This document shows, in pieces, positions 1-11,353 of a stretch of 32,000 nucleotides of DNA (position 1 is the first letter of the stretch; every line of letters starts with the position of its first letter). Under the pieces are notes generated by a model. The model was not told where the DNA came from. It was given only the letters and a program-made list of their open reading frames with translations, and ran no database searches. Both the position numbers and the translations under genes were made by a program. Source of the DNA: Candidatus Velamenicoccus archaeovorus (GTDB lineage: Bacteria; Omnitrophota; Gorgyraeia; Velamenicoccales; Velamenicoccaceae); assembly GCF_004102945.1 (NCBI RefSeq), contig NZ_CP019384.1, positions 360,001 to 392,000 on the forward strand, in the 5' to 3' direction.

Positions 1-221
1 AACCCGTCATCACGGCGACCCAGATGCTTGAGCACATGACCGTCGAGCGTATCCCGACGAGGGCCGAGGTTTCGGATGTGGCCAATGCGGTCCTGGACGG
101 CTCTGATTATGTTATGCTCTCGGCCGAGACGGCGGCAGGCAGGTATCCGGTTGAGGCGGTGGCGATGATGAACAAGATCATACGTGTCACAGAGGAGTGG
201 TGCCGATGTCGCGGGCGTTGA
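1..221 (+). CDS. pyk: pyruvate kinase, 3' end (gene starts upstream of the window)
   Basis: The frame is open from the window edge. The translation [60 protein letters not shown] matches the conserved end of the pyruvate kinase A (barrel) domain. Stop TGA at 219-221. Confidence 0.9.
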   Translation, partial: PVITATQMLEHMTVERIPTRAEVSDVANAVLDGSDYVMLSAETAAGRYPVEAVAMMNKIIRVTEEWCRCRGR

Positions 222-409
222 TCATTGCCGGTATTGTTTTGATCCTGGCGGGGCTGTTGGGAAATGTCTTGAAGACGTTTCCTTTCGGCCGCCTGCCCGG
301 CGATATCGTGATCCATAAGAAGAATATCACTTTCTATGCGCCCCTCATGACATCCTTGTTTTTGAGTCTGGCGGCGTCCGCGGTGTTATGGTTTTTATCG
401 AAAAGATGA
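197..409 (+). CDS. small membrane protein, DUF2905 family
   Basis: 70-codon ORF with two hydrophobic helices flanking [12 protein letters not shown], the motif I associate with DUF2905. GGAG at 193-196 favours the ATG at 206 over the GTG at 197. Confidence 0.75.
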   Translation: MVPMSRALIIAGIVLILAGLLGNVLKTFPFGRLPGDIVIHKKNITFYAPLMTSLFLSLAASAVLWFLSKR

Positions 410-1551
410 AATGGTGGTTATGTCTGGCAGCAGGGGCAGGCGTTGGGGTTTGCCTTTGCGGGACGGTATGGGGTTCGTCTCAGCCTCCGACGGTGCGTGT
501 GGCCATCGTTCGCGACACCAAAGAGCTGACCCTTGCCGTTGAAGGGGCATTCGACATCTCCGCCGTGCCGGCTGGAAAAAAGATATATCACGGCAGCCGT
601 CTCGCCTCCAGCAAGGCCGTGGCGGTTGATAAGGGCATCAAGATCCATCAGACGGTCTACGATGCATCTTCTTTGAGGATCAGCGCACACAAGAAAGCCG
701 CCATTTTCGTCAATCACAGGCCTTATCGCGGCGATATCGTCCTCATTCGCTCGGCCGAGGGGTCGTTGTCGGCCATCAATGTTCTGGATGTCGAATCGTA
801 TGTCAAGGGCGTCCTCGTCCATGAGATTTCTCCTGCGTGGCCGATCGACGCCATCAAGGCGCAGGCTATCGCCGCCAGGACGTATGCCTTATATCAGAAG
901 GAGATCAGCAGCCACCGGCCTTACGACCTTGTGGCAGACACCTTTTCACAGGTTTACGGGGGGTTCGCTTCGGAAAGAAACAAGACGAATCGCGCGGTCA
1001 ACTTTACTTTCGGCGAGGTGCTGCTTTATGGCGGCAAGATTTTCCCTGCGTATTTTCATGCGACCTGCGGCGGTTCGACGGAAAGTGCCGCCGAACTATG
1101 GAAGCTCGATATAGAACCTCTCAAAGGCGACCGCCTTTGTTCTTTTTGCTCGGCGTCTCCCCATTATTACTGGAATATCTCTCTGGATTTCAAAACCATC
1201 CGTAAAAAATTAGGGCCGTTTTACACGCTCCAAGGGGAGCTGCAAAACATCTCCGTTGAGGAACGCAATGCGTCGGGGCGTGTCCATTCCCTGCGTCTTA
1301 AAGACGAGGCGGGCGATTCGGTCGTTATTTCCGCTAAAGATTTCCGGCAGGCGATGGGGCCGGACATCGTGCGTTCGACCAATTTCACTATCACGGTCAA
1401 GGGTTCAAAAGTTGTTTTCAACGGCAAAGGGTGGGGGCATGGCGTCGGGTTGTGCCAGTGGGGCGCTTTGGGCATGTCGCGCCGGGGGTACGACTATAAA
1501 GAGATATTGGCATTCTATTATCCGGGTTCCCGTGTCACCAAGATATATTAG
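388..1551 (+). CDS. SpoIID/LytB-domain protein (peptidoglycan lytic/amidase-enhancer family), secreted
   Basis: Motifs YVKGVLVHEISPAWPIDAIKAQAIAARTYAL, HATCGGSTE and GHGVGLCQWGA. Hydrophobic N-terminal signal-like segment. ATG 406 (ATGA overlap with the upstream stop) is an equally good start. Confidence 0.88.
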   Translation: MVFIEKMKWWLCLAAGAGVGVCLCGTVWGSSQPPTVRVAIVRDTKELTLAVEGAFDISAVPAGKKIYHGSRLASSKAVAVDKGIKIHQTVYDASSLRISAHKKAAIFVNHRPYRGDIVLIRSAEGSLSAINVLDVESYVKGVLVHEISPAWPIDAIKAQAIAARTYALYQKEISSHRPYDLVADTFSQVYGGFASERNKTNRAVNFTFGEVLLYGGKIFPAYFHATCGGSTESAAELWKLDIEPLKGDRLCSFCSASPHYYWNISLDFKTIRKKLGPFYTLQGELQNISVEERNASGRVHSLRLKDEAGDSVVISAKDFRQAMGPDIVRSTNFTITVKGSKVVFNGKGWGHGVGLCQWGALGMSRRGYDYKEILAFYYPGSRVTKIY

Positions 1552-1580
1552 AGGCGCGACGCCTGCATTTTTGAGCTACC

Positions 1581-2630
1581 ATGCATCATCTTTCGGATTA
1601 TGACTATGAGCTCCCTGTCGACCGGATCGCCCAGACGCCGGCGGCCCAACGGGACGCATCGCGGCTGTTAGTGATGGAACGCGCCGGCGGTCGGCTCAGG
1701 GACAAGCGGTTTTTCCAGCTGGCCGAGGACTTGGCGGCCGGAGACCTTCTGGTTTTTAACGATACACGGGTGGTTCCGGCGAGGCTCCTGGGGCGGCGGG
1801 CCACAGGCGGTTGTGTCGAGATCCTTCTGTTGGGGCCGGCGTCGAAACGGTGCCACCGGCCTGCGAGATTTACGTATCAGGCATTGATCAAGCCGCTGGG
1901 TCGACTCAAAGAAGGGGAGAAAATTTTTTTAGATAAGGGCCTGGTCTGCCGGTTGCTGGATCCGAAAAACAGGATCGTGGATTTTGACGGCAGGCCAGCG
2001 GAGGATGTGATGAAGAAGGCGGGCGTCCTGCCCTTGCCGCCTTACGTGCGCCGGCCGCCGCAAAAAGAAGACCAGACGCGTTACCAGACGATTTTCGCGC
2101 GCCATCCGGGCGCGGTGGCGGCGCCGACCGCTGGGTTGCATTTTACCCGGCGGCTTCTGGAGGTATTGAGGACCAAGGGCGTCGGGACGGCGTTTTTGAC
2201 CCTTCATGTCGGTTATGGCACCTTTTCTCCGGTGCGTTCCGATGACATCCGTCGTCACCAGGTCCACGAAGAGGATTTTTACATTCCGGCGGCGGCCGTG
2301 AAGGCGATCCGGCGTCTCAAAGAAGGGCGGCGCGGCCGCGTCATTGCCGTGGGAACCACGGTGGTGCGCGCCCTTGAAGATGCGGCCTCGGAGATCCTTC
2401 AGGGGGACAGGGCTGTTGACATCCGGCGTTCGAGCCGCCTGTTCATCTATCCGCCTTACGCCTTTCGGGTGGTCGATGGGCTGATCACGAATTTTCACCT
2501 GCCGCGCACATCACTTTTGATGCTGGTCGCGGCGTTTGGCGGACAAAGATCCATTCTGGAGGCCTACCGTCACGCGATTGAGCATTCATACCGGTTTTAC
2601 AGTTATGGCGATGCCATGCTGATTGTTTAG
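1581..2630 (+). CDS. queA: S-adenosylmethionine:tRNA ribosyltransferase-isomerase
   Basis: N-terminus LSDYDYELPVDRIAQTP, plus GLHFT, AVGTTVVRALE and YRFYSYGDAMLI. Length is 349 aa, typical of QueA. Confidence 0.95.
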   Translation: MHHLSDYDYELPVDRIAQTPAAQRDASRLLVMERAGGRLRDKRFFQLAEDLAAGDLLVFNDTRVVPARLLGRRATGGCVEILLLGPASKRCHRPARFTYQALIKPLGRLKEGEKIFLDKGLVCRLLDPKNRIVDFDGRPAEDVMKKAGVLPLPPYVRRPPQKEDQTRYQTIFARHPGAVAAPTAGLHFTRRLLEVLRTKGVGTAFLTLHVGYGTFSPVRSDDIRRHQVHEEDFYIPAAAVKAIRRLKEGRRGRVIAVGTTVVRALEDAASEILQGDRAVDIRRSSRLFIYPPYAFRVVDGLITNFHLPRTSLLMLVAAFGGQRSILEAYRHAIEHSYRFYSYGDAMLIV

Positions 2631-2633
2631 TGA

Positions 2634-2729
2634 GTCAGAGTGTCAAAGAATCAGAGTGTCAGAGTGTAAGGAAAAAACACAAAAAGATTTTTCTTTGACA
2701 CTTTGATGCTTTGACACATTGACACTTTT
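2634..2729. repeat. array of three GTGTCA half-sites followed by three TTGACAC half-sites (imperfect long palindrome) between queA and the oligosaccharyltransferase gene
   Basis: CAGAGTGTCA at 2636 and 2652, AGAGTGTAA at 2661. TTTGACAC at 2694 and 2710, TTGACAC at 2719, followed by TTTT. The half-site groups flank an A/T-rich centre. Confidence 0.6.
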
Positions 2730-2778
2730 GGAATTGCATCCATCTTTTTCCCGCAGTCGGCGTCTTACAAGGAGCCCT

Positions 2779-6526
<3,748 letters not shown>

Positions 6527-6561
6527 TGCCCTTAGCCTTCGGCCGGGCGGTTCCATTCATT

Positions 6562-7251
6562 ATGCGCATAGACGTCTTGACCATTTTTCCGTCGATGTTC
6601 GGGTCCGTTCTGGGGGAATCCATCATCAAGCGGGCCGTCAGCGGCGGAAAGGTGGGGATCCATGTGCATGATATCCGCGATTACACCGCGGACAAGCACC
6701 ATAAGGTCGATGACAGGCCCTATGGCGGCGGTTCCGGCATGGTCATGGCTCCGCAGCCCATCTTTTCCTGCTGCGACGAGATCCTCAGGAAAATAAAGGT
6801 TGCGAAAAGCAAAAGAAGCATTATACTTCTTTCACCGAGGGGCCGGTGTTTTACCCAGCGGTCTGCCGCGCGCCTGGCGAAAATGAAGCATTTGGTCCTT
6901 GTCTGCGGCCACTACGAAGGCGTGGATGAGAGGGTGAGCCGTTACCTGGCCGATGAGGAGATTTCCATCGGCGATTATGTGCTGACGGGTGGCGAGTTGC
7001 CTGCGATGGTGGTGATCGACGCTGTCGTACGCCTTCTGCCCGGCGTCTTGGGCAATGCTTCATCGGCGCGCAATGAAAGCTTTCAGGAACAGTTGCTGGA
7101 ATATCCGCAGTATACGCGGCCGGCCGTATTCCTCGACAAGAAAGTCCCTCCGGTGCTTTTGTCCGGAGACCACAAGGCGATCGAGGCCTGGCGAAGAAAA
7201 GAATCGCTGAAGATAACAAAGAAGAGAAGGCCGGATTTGTTGGAGGGATGA
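6562..7251 (+). CDS. trmD: tRNA (guanine37-N1)-methyltransferase
   Basis: MRIDVLTIFPSMF N-terminus, YGGGSGMVM, CGHYEGVDERV and SIGDYVLTGGELPAMVVIDAV. Confidence 0.95.
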   Translation: MRIDVLTIFPSMFGSVLGESIIKRAVSGGKVGIHVHDIRDYTADKHHKVDDRPYGGGSGMVMAPQPIFSCCDEILRKIKVAKSKRSIILLSPRGRCFTQRSAARLAKMKHLVLVCGHYEGVDERVSRYLADEEISIGDYVLTGGELPAMVVIDAVVRLLPGVLGNASSARNESFQEQLLEYPQYTRPAVFLDKKVPPVLLSGDHKAIEAWRRKESLKITKKRRPDLLEG

Positions 7252-7506
7252 AATGTTCACCCCTCGCTTGAACACTTGAAAATTTCTGCCAGGATCGGCT
7301 TCGCCGTCGGCATAAATTTTCCTGGTCTGCTGTTTCAGCAGACCGAGTAAGCGAAGGGCCTAATTCCGCCAGAGGCGGACGATTGTTAAGAAAGACCCCT
7401 TGCCTAAACGCTTGTCCATTTCACTCACAAGCACCAGAGGCGTTCGTGAAATGGACTTACGCAGGCTTCGGGGTAATTCCGCCAGAGGCGGAATTAAGGA
7501 GTCATT
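7252..7506 (+). promoter_or_regulatory. highly structured 255-nt rplS leader containing a repeat module shared with the rpmE leader
   Basis: Outer helix CCCC(7260)...GGGG(7470). Hairpins: AAATTTCTGCC/GGCATAAATTT (7279-7319), GGTCTGCTG/CAGCAGACC (7324-7344), TCCGCC-AGA-GGCGGA (7364-7378) and GTCCATTTCAC/GTGAAATGGAC (7414-7456). AATTCCGCC-AGA-GGCGGAATT (7475-7495) abuts the SD AAGGAG (7496-7501). Confidence 0.5.
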
Positions 7507-7866
7507 ATGGACAAGATCAAACTCGTTGAAAATCTGTTCGTCAAGAAAGAGAACATCCCGGTCTTCTCGGTCGGCGACACGGTAAAAGTCCTGGTGAAGA
7601 TTCCCGAGGGAGACAAGTTCAGGATCCACCCTTTTGAAGGGACGGTGATCGAGACGCGCGGAGAAGGAATGGCCGCCAGCTTCACTGTCCGCAAGATGTC
7701 CTATGGGGAGGGCGTGGAGAGGACATTCCCGCTTTATGCATCCACCATCGAGGGCATCGAGCTGGTTAAAAAAGGGAGGGTCAAGAGGGCAAGGCTTTAT
7801 TATCTGCGCGGCCGTATCGGCAAGGCGACGAAGATCGAAGAACAGAAAGCTGGAAACGAGAAGTGA
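7507..7866 (+). CDS. rplS: 50S ribosomal protein L19
   Basis: FSVGDTVKVLVKIPEGDKFRIHPFEGTVIETRGEGMAASFTVRKMSYGEGVERTFPLYAS aligns along its length with bacterial L19. SD AAGGAG lies 5 nt upstream. Confidence 0.97.
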   Translation: MDKIKLVENLFVKKENIPVFSVGDTVKVLVKIPEGDKFRIHPFEGTVIETRGEGMAASFTVRKMSYGEGVERTFPLYASTIEGIELVKKGRVKRARLYYLRGRIGKATKIEEQKAGNEK

Positions 7867-7995
7867 AGCTCCGCCGGCACGTCTGGTTGGTTCTTTTCCT
7901 CGGTGGACAGCGGAAGCCTGCACCGAAAGTTCCTCAGGTTTTATGCCTTCACCCCCAGATGCGCCCGCAGGCCAGGTCCGGGGATTTTCTGGTGC
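7861..7995 (+). repeat. stop-codon-anchored repeat element, copy 1 (second copy at 31754-31880)
   Basis: AAGTGAAGCTCCGC is identical at both loci and includes the upstream stop codon. Shared blocks GCACCGAAAG, CCTTCA.CCCC and TTTCTGG. Length differences between blocks are 21 and 9 nt. Confidence 0.65.
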
Positions 7996-8084
7996 AGGGT
8001 CATTCCTGGATCCCAAAAGTTGTGATGTTAAATTCTAAATCCGTGATCTTGGGTCCCAAGTAAAATCCAAGGGATCCTGGAACG

Positions 8085-8723
8085 GTGACAAGCGGCCTTT
8101 GCGTGTTGTATCACGAGCGTCGTGCGAAAAAGGATGGTTATTCCATTATCGTAGGCGTGGATGAAGCCGGGCGGGGTCCTCTGGCCGGCCCTGTCGTCGC
8201 GGCGGCGGTGATCCTCAAGACGCATGCTTTCTTATCCCGCATTGACGATTCCAAGAAGTTAACGGCGCGCCAAAGAGATGAGGCATTCGCCGAGATTGTT
8301 GTAAAATCGTCCTACGGCGTAGGCATCATGAATGAAGGCGTCATCGACAGTGTCAATATTGCCGCTGCCGCCCATCTGGCTGTGGACGAAGCCGTCGCGA
8401 GGCTCATCGAACGGTTCCGGACCCCGCCTCGCCAAAGGTCGGTCATTTTACTCTTGGACGGGAGGTTGCGTTCACACCTGTCTTATGACGCCAAAGAGAT
8501 CGTGGGGGGCGACGGGTTGTCTTTATCCATCGCCGCGGCGTCCATTGTGGCCAAGGTCGTCCGCGACAGGATCATGGGAATTTATGACCGCATCTATCCG
8601 CAGTATGGTTTTTCCCGTCACAAAGGTTATGGGACTGTTGAGCATCTGGACCGCATGAGCGCGTGCGGACTTTCTCCTCTTCATAGACGTACATTCTGTC
8701 ACCGCATTCTTTTTCCGTCGTGA
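8085..8723 (+). CDS. rnhB: ribonuclease HII
   Basis: VGVDEAGRGPLAGPVVAAAV, DDSKKLT and SIAAASIVAKVVRD. GTG start at 8085; the exact start is uncertain. Confidence 0.92.
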   Translation: MTSGLCVLYHERRAKKDGYSIIVGVDEAGRGPLAGPVVAAAVILKTHAFLSRIDDSKKLTARQRDEAFAEIVVKSSYGVGIMNEGVIDSVNIAAAAHLAVDEAVARLIERFRTPPRQRSVILLLDGRLRSHLSYDAKEIVGGDGLSLSIAAASIVAKVVRDRIMGIYDRIYPQYGFSRHKGYGTVEHLDRMSACGLSPLHRRTFCHRILFPS

Positions 8724-9094
8724 GCGATAAACTGACGTTGGGGCAGTGGGGCGAGCAGGAAGCGGTCCGGTTGCTGCGGAAGGCGGGCTACCGGATCCTG
8801 GAGCTTAATGTGCGCACACCCGTCGGTGAGATCGATATCGTCGCCCGCCAGGGCGGGGTCTTGGTGTTTGTCGAGGTGCGCACGCGCCGGGGTGCCGACG
8901 GCATCTGTCGGGCCATGGAGTCCGTGGACGCAAAGAAGCAAGGACGCCTGGACCGTCTGGCCCTATGGTATTTGAAGGAGAGGAATTTATTCGGCTGCCG
9001 CGCCAGGTTCGACGTGGTTGCCGTCTGCCAGGATGCGCAAGGGCCTTCGGCGAGGCTGATCCGCGATGCTTTTCACAGCGCAAGAGGTCTATAG
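8720..9094 (+). CDS. yraN: YraN-family endonuclease-like protein (UPF0102)
   Basis: GEQEAVRLLRKAGYRILELNVRTPVGEIDIVA...VFVEVRTRR pattern. GTGA overlap with the rnhB stop. rnhB-yraN adjacency is common. Confidence 0.88.
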   Translation: MSDKLTLGQWGEQEAVRLLRKAGYRILELNVRTPVGEIDIVARQGGVLVFVEVRTRRGADGICRAMESVDAKKQGRLDRLALWYLKERNLFGCRARFDVVAVCQDAQGPSARLIRDAFHSARGL

Positions 9095-9096
9095 AG

Positions 9097-10767
9097 ATGA
9101 CGGCTAAGCTTAAACCCATATCACGCGTCGCACGTTCTCTGGGGATCCGAGACAAAGAGCTGGAGCCCAACGGACGCTATAAGGCCAAGATCGATCTTTC
9201 GATCTTAGAGAGGCTGCGCAAGACAGATGCGCGCTACATCCTTGTGACCGCGATCACGCCGACCCCGCTGGGAGAAGGCAAGACCGTTACCACGATCGGC
9301 CTCTCCATGGCCTTGAATCGTCTGGGGGTCAGGTCAGCCTGTTGTCTGAGGCAGTCGTCTCTGGGGCCGCTTTTCGGTTCCAAGGGGATGGCCACCGGCG
9401 GCGGCGCATCACGCGTCGTGCCCGAGGATGAGATCAATCTTCATTTTACGGGCGACATGCACGCGGTGGCTGAGGCCAATAATTTTCTTGCAGCCTTTCT
9501 TGAAAATTCGGTATTTCACGGCAACCCCCTGGACATCGACGTTGCCAGCATGACCTGGAGGCGTTGTCTGGATACGAGCGACCGGTCGCTGAGGAATATT
9601 CGTTATACGCTGAAGTCCGGCGCCGAGACTTATGAAATGGCGGCTGGTTTTGAGGTCGCCGCTGCCTCCGAGATCATGTCGATTTTGGCCTTGAGCCGCG
9701 ACAGGGCGGACTTGCGCTCCAGGCTTGGCGAGATCGTTCTGGCGCGCACACGCCGGGGGGCGCCCGTGCGCAGCCGCGACATCAAGGCCGACGGCATGAT
9801 GGCGGCGATCTTGAACGATGCCATCAAGCCGAATCTCGTGCAGACATCCGAGGGCACGCCTTGTTTTATCCATACAGGGCCTTTTGCCAACGTTTCCATC
9901 GGCACCAGTTCCATTCTTGCCGACAGGATGGCTTTAGGGCTTTGCGATTATGTCGTGACGGAGAGCGGTTTCGGCGTAGATTGCGGGGCGGAAAAATTTT
10001 TTGATATCAAGTGCCGCGCCAGCGGATTCAAGCCCCATGCCTGCGTTTTGGTTTGTTCGCTGCGGGGCCTCAAGGCCCAAAGCCGCAAGGTCACGATCAC
10101 GCCGGGGGAGAAGATGCCGTCCGGCCTCTTCGCTGAGGATGCAGAGGCGCTGGAACAGGGCCTGGAGAACCTCAGGAAACATATCCAGAATCTCAAGTTG
10201 TTCGGTATTCCTGTTATCGTCTGCATCAATGTTTTTCCTCAGGATAGCCGGCGTGAACTTGACAGGGTGCGCGCCAAATCCCTTGAGTTCGGCGCCCAGG
10301 ATTCTCAGGAGAGCCGCCTCTGGGAGGAAGGGTCGCGGGGAGGCATCGACCTGGCCAGAAGCGTCTTGCGCCAGACAAGGCAGGCGTCGAGCGGATTTAA
10401 ATTTCTTTACGAGACCGACCTTTCTTTGCAGGAGAAGATCGAAACGATCGCCAAAAATATTTACGGCGCAGGTTCTGTGGATTATGCCCCGCCGGCCAGA
10501 CAGGCTTTGGATTTTTGCGCCGGCGAGGGGTTCGGACGTCTGCCTGTGTGTATCGCCAAGACGCAGTTTTCGCTCTCTCACGATGAATCGCTTAAAGGCG
10601 CGCCGGCAGGTTTTGTTTTTCCTGTCAAAGACGTCCGTCTGGCCGCCGGCGCCGGTTTTGTCCTGGCGCACGCCTCCTGGATGCAGACGATGCCGGGCCT
10701 GCCGCGCCAGCCGCGCGGCGAGATGGTCGATATCGACGCCGAAGGGCATGTCAGAGGATTATCATAG
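9097..10767 (+). CDS. fhs: formate--tetrahydrofolate ligase
   Basis: TPTPLGEGKTVTTIGL nucleotide-binding loop, FANVSIG, ESGFG and CIAKTQFSLSHD. ATG 9097 gives the Fhs-like N-terminus MTAKLKPISRVA; the longer track ORF overlaps yraN. Confidence 0.95.
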   Translation: MTAKLKPISRVARSLGIRDKELEPNGRYKAKIDLSILERLRKTDARYILVTAITPTPLGEGKTVTTIGLSMALNRLGVRSACCLRQSSLGPLFGSKGMATGGGASRVVPEDEINLHFTGDMHAVAEANNFLAAFLENSVFHGNPLDIDVASMTWRRCLDTSDRSLRNIRYTLKSGAETYEMAAGFEVAAASEIMSILALSRDRADLRSRLGEIVLARTRRGAPVRSRDIKADGMMAAILNDAIKPNLVQTSEGTPCFIHTGPFANVSIGTSSILADRMALGLCDYVVTESGFGVDCGAEKFFDIKCRASGFKPHACVLVCSLRGLKAQSRKVTITPGEKMPSGLFAEDAEALEQGLENLRKHIQNLKLFGIPVIVCINVFPQDSRRELDRVRAKSLEFGAQDSQESRLWEEGSRGGIDLARSVLRQTRQASSGFKFLYETDLSLQEKIETIAKNIYGAGSVDYAPPARQALDFCAGEGFGRLPVCIAKTQFSLSHDESLKGAPAGFVFPVKDVRLAAGAGFVLAHASWMQTMPGLPRQPRGEMVDIDAEGHVRGLS

Positions 10768-10779
10768 AAGCGAGGTCTT

Positions 10780-11286
10780 ATGATGCGTTATGCCAAAGCC
10801 CCCTTATCGAGATATGCGGCGGATCTTTCGAAAAAAATGCCTGCCCCCGGCGGCGGGTCTGTCGCGGCGCTCATGCTGGCCTGTGCTGCAGGCCTTGTGG
10901 CGATGGCCTCTGCCTATACCGTAGGCAAAGAGCGCTACAGGGCGTTCGGACCGCGCGCGCGCCGGATCTTGACAAGGAGCCTGGCGATTCAAGAGGAAGC
11001 TCTGCGCTTGCTCGACGCGGATGTGGCGGCTTATCAAAGCAAGGATGAGGCGCGGTCTATCTCTGTTCCCGCGCGGGTGTGCCGCCTGTCGGCGGAGACA
11101 ATGCGCCTGGCGCGCGAGGTCAGCCGCAAGGGCAACCGGAGCCTGCGATCCGACGCCGATCTCGCCGTCTCTTTGGCGCGGCTGTCCGCAACGGCGGCCC
11201 GGTCGTATGTGCGGGTTAATGTTCTTCATTTGAAAAACAGCGCAAGATATGCGAAACTGTTGAACGAGCTTAAGCGTTTGTCATAG
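10780..11286 (+). CDS. fchA: cyclodeaminase/cyclohydrolase family protein (FTCD_C; methenyl-THF cyclohydrolase-like)
   Basis: MPAPGGGSVAALMLACAAGLVAMASAYTVGKERY is the characteristic N-terminal helix pair of this family. All-helical and Ala/Leu-rich. The folate gene context supports the call. Confidence 0.78.
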   Translation: MMRYAKAPLSRYAADLSKKMPAPGGGSVAALMLACAAGLVAMASAYTVGKERYRAFGPRARRILTRSLAIQEEALRLLDADVAAYQSKDEARSISVPARVCRLSAETMRLAREVSRKGNRSLRSDADLAVSLARLSATAARSYVRVNVLHLKNSARYAKLLNELKRLS

Positions 11287-11353
11287 AGGCGTACGGGCGG
11301 AGCCGCGCGGTTTGACAGCCGTGGGGCGGGGCCAAAAGACAAAAGAGGCGCAC

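Noticed and set aside
1552-1573. Short hairpin AGGCG-CGA-CGCCT followed by GCATTTTT, a possible terminator after the SpoIID-like gene.
   Set aside because: The stem is only 5 bp, and the queA start codon follows 8 nt later. It is more likely an intercistronic structure than a real terminator.
11287-11353. ZTP or THF riboswitch upstream of folD or fhs.
   Set aside because: The gaps are short (66 nt and 2 nt). I could not find the conserved ZTP pseudoknot (GGGUCGUGAC...CCGCCUGGGCA-like) or THF motif cores, only generic GC-rich sequence.
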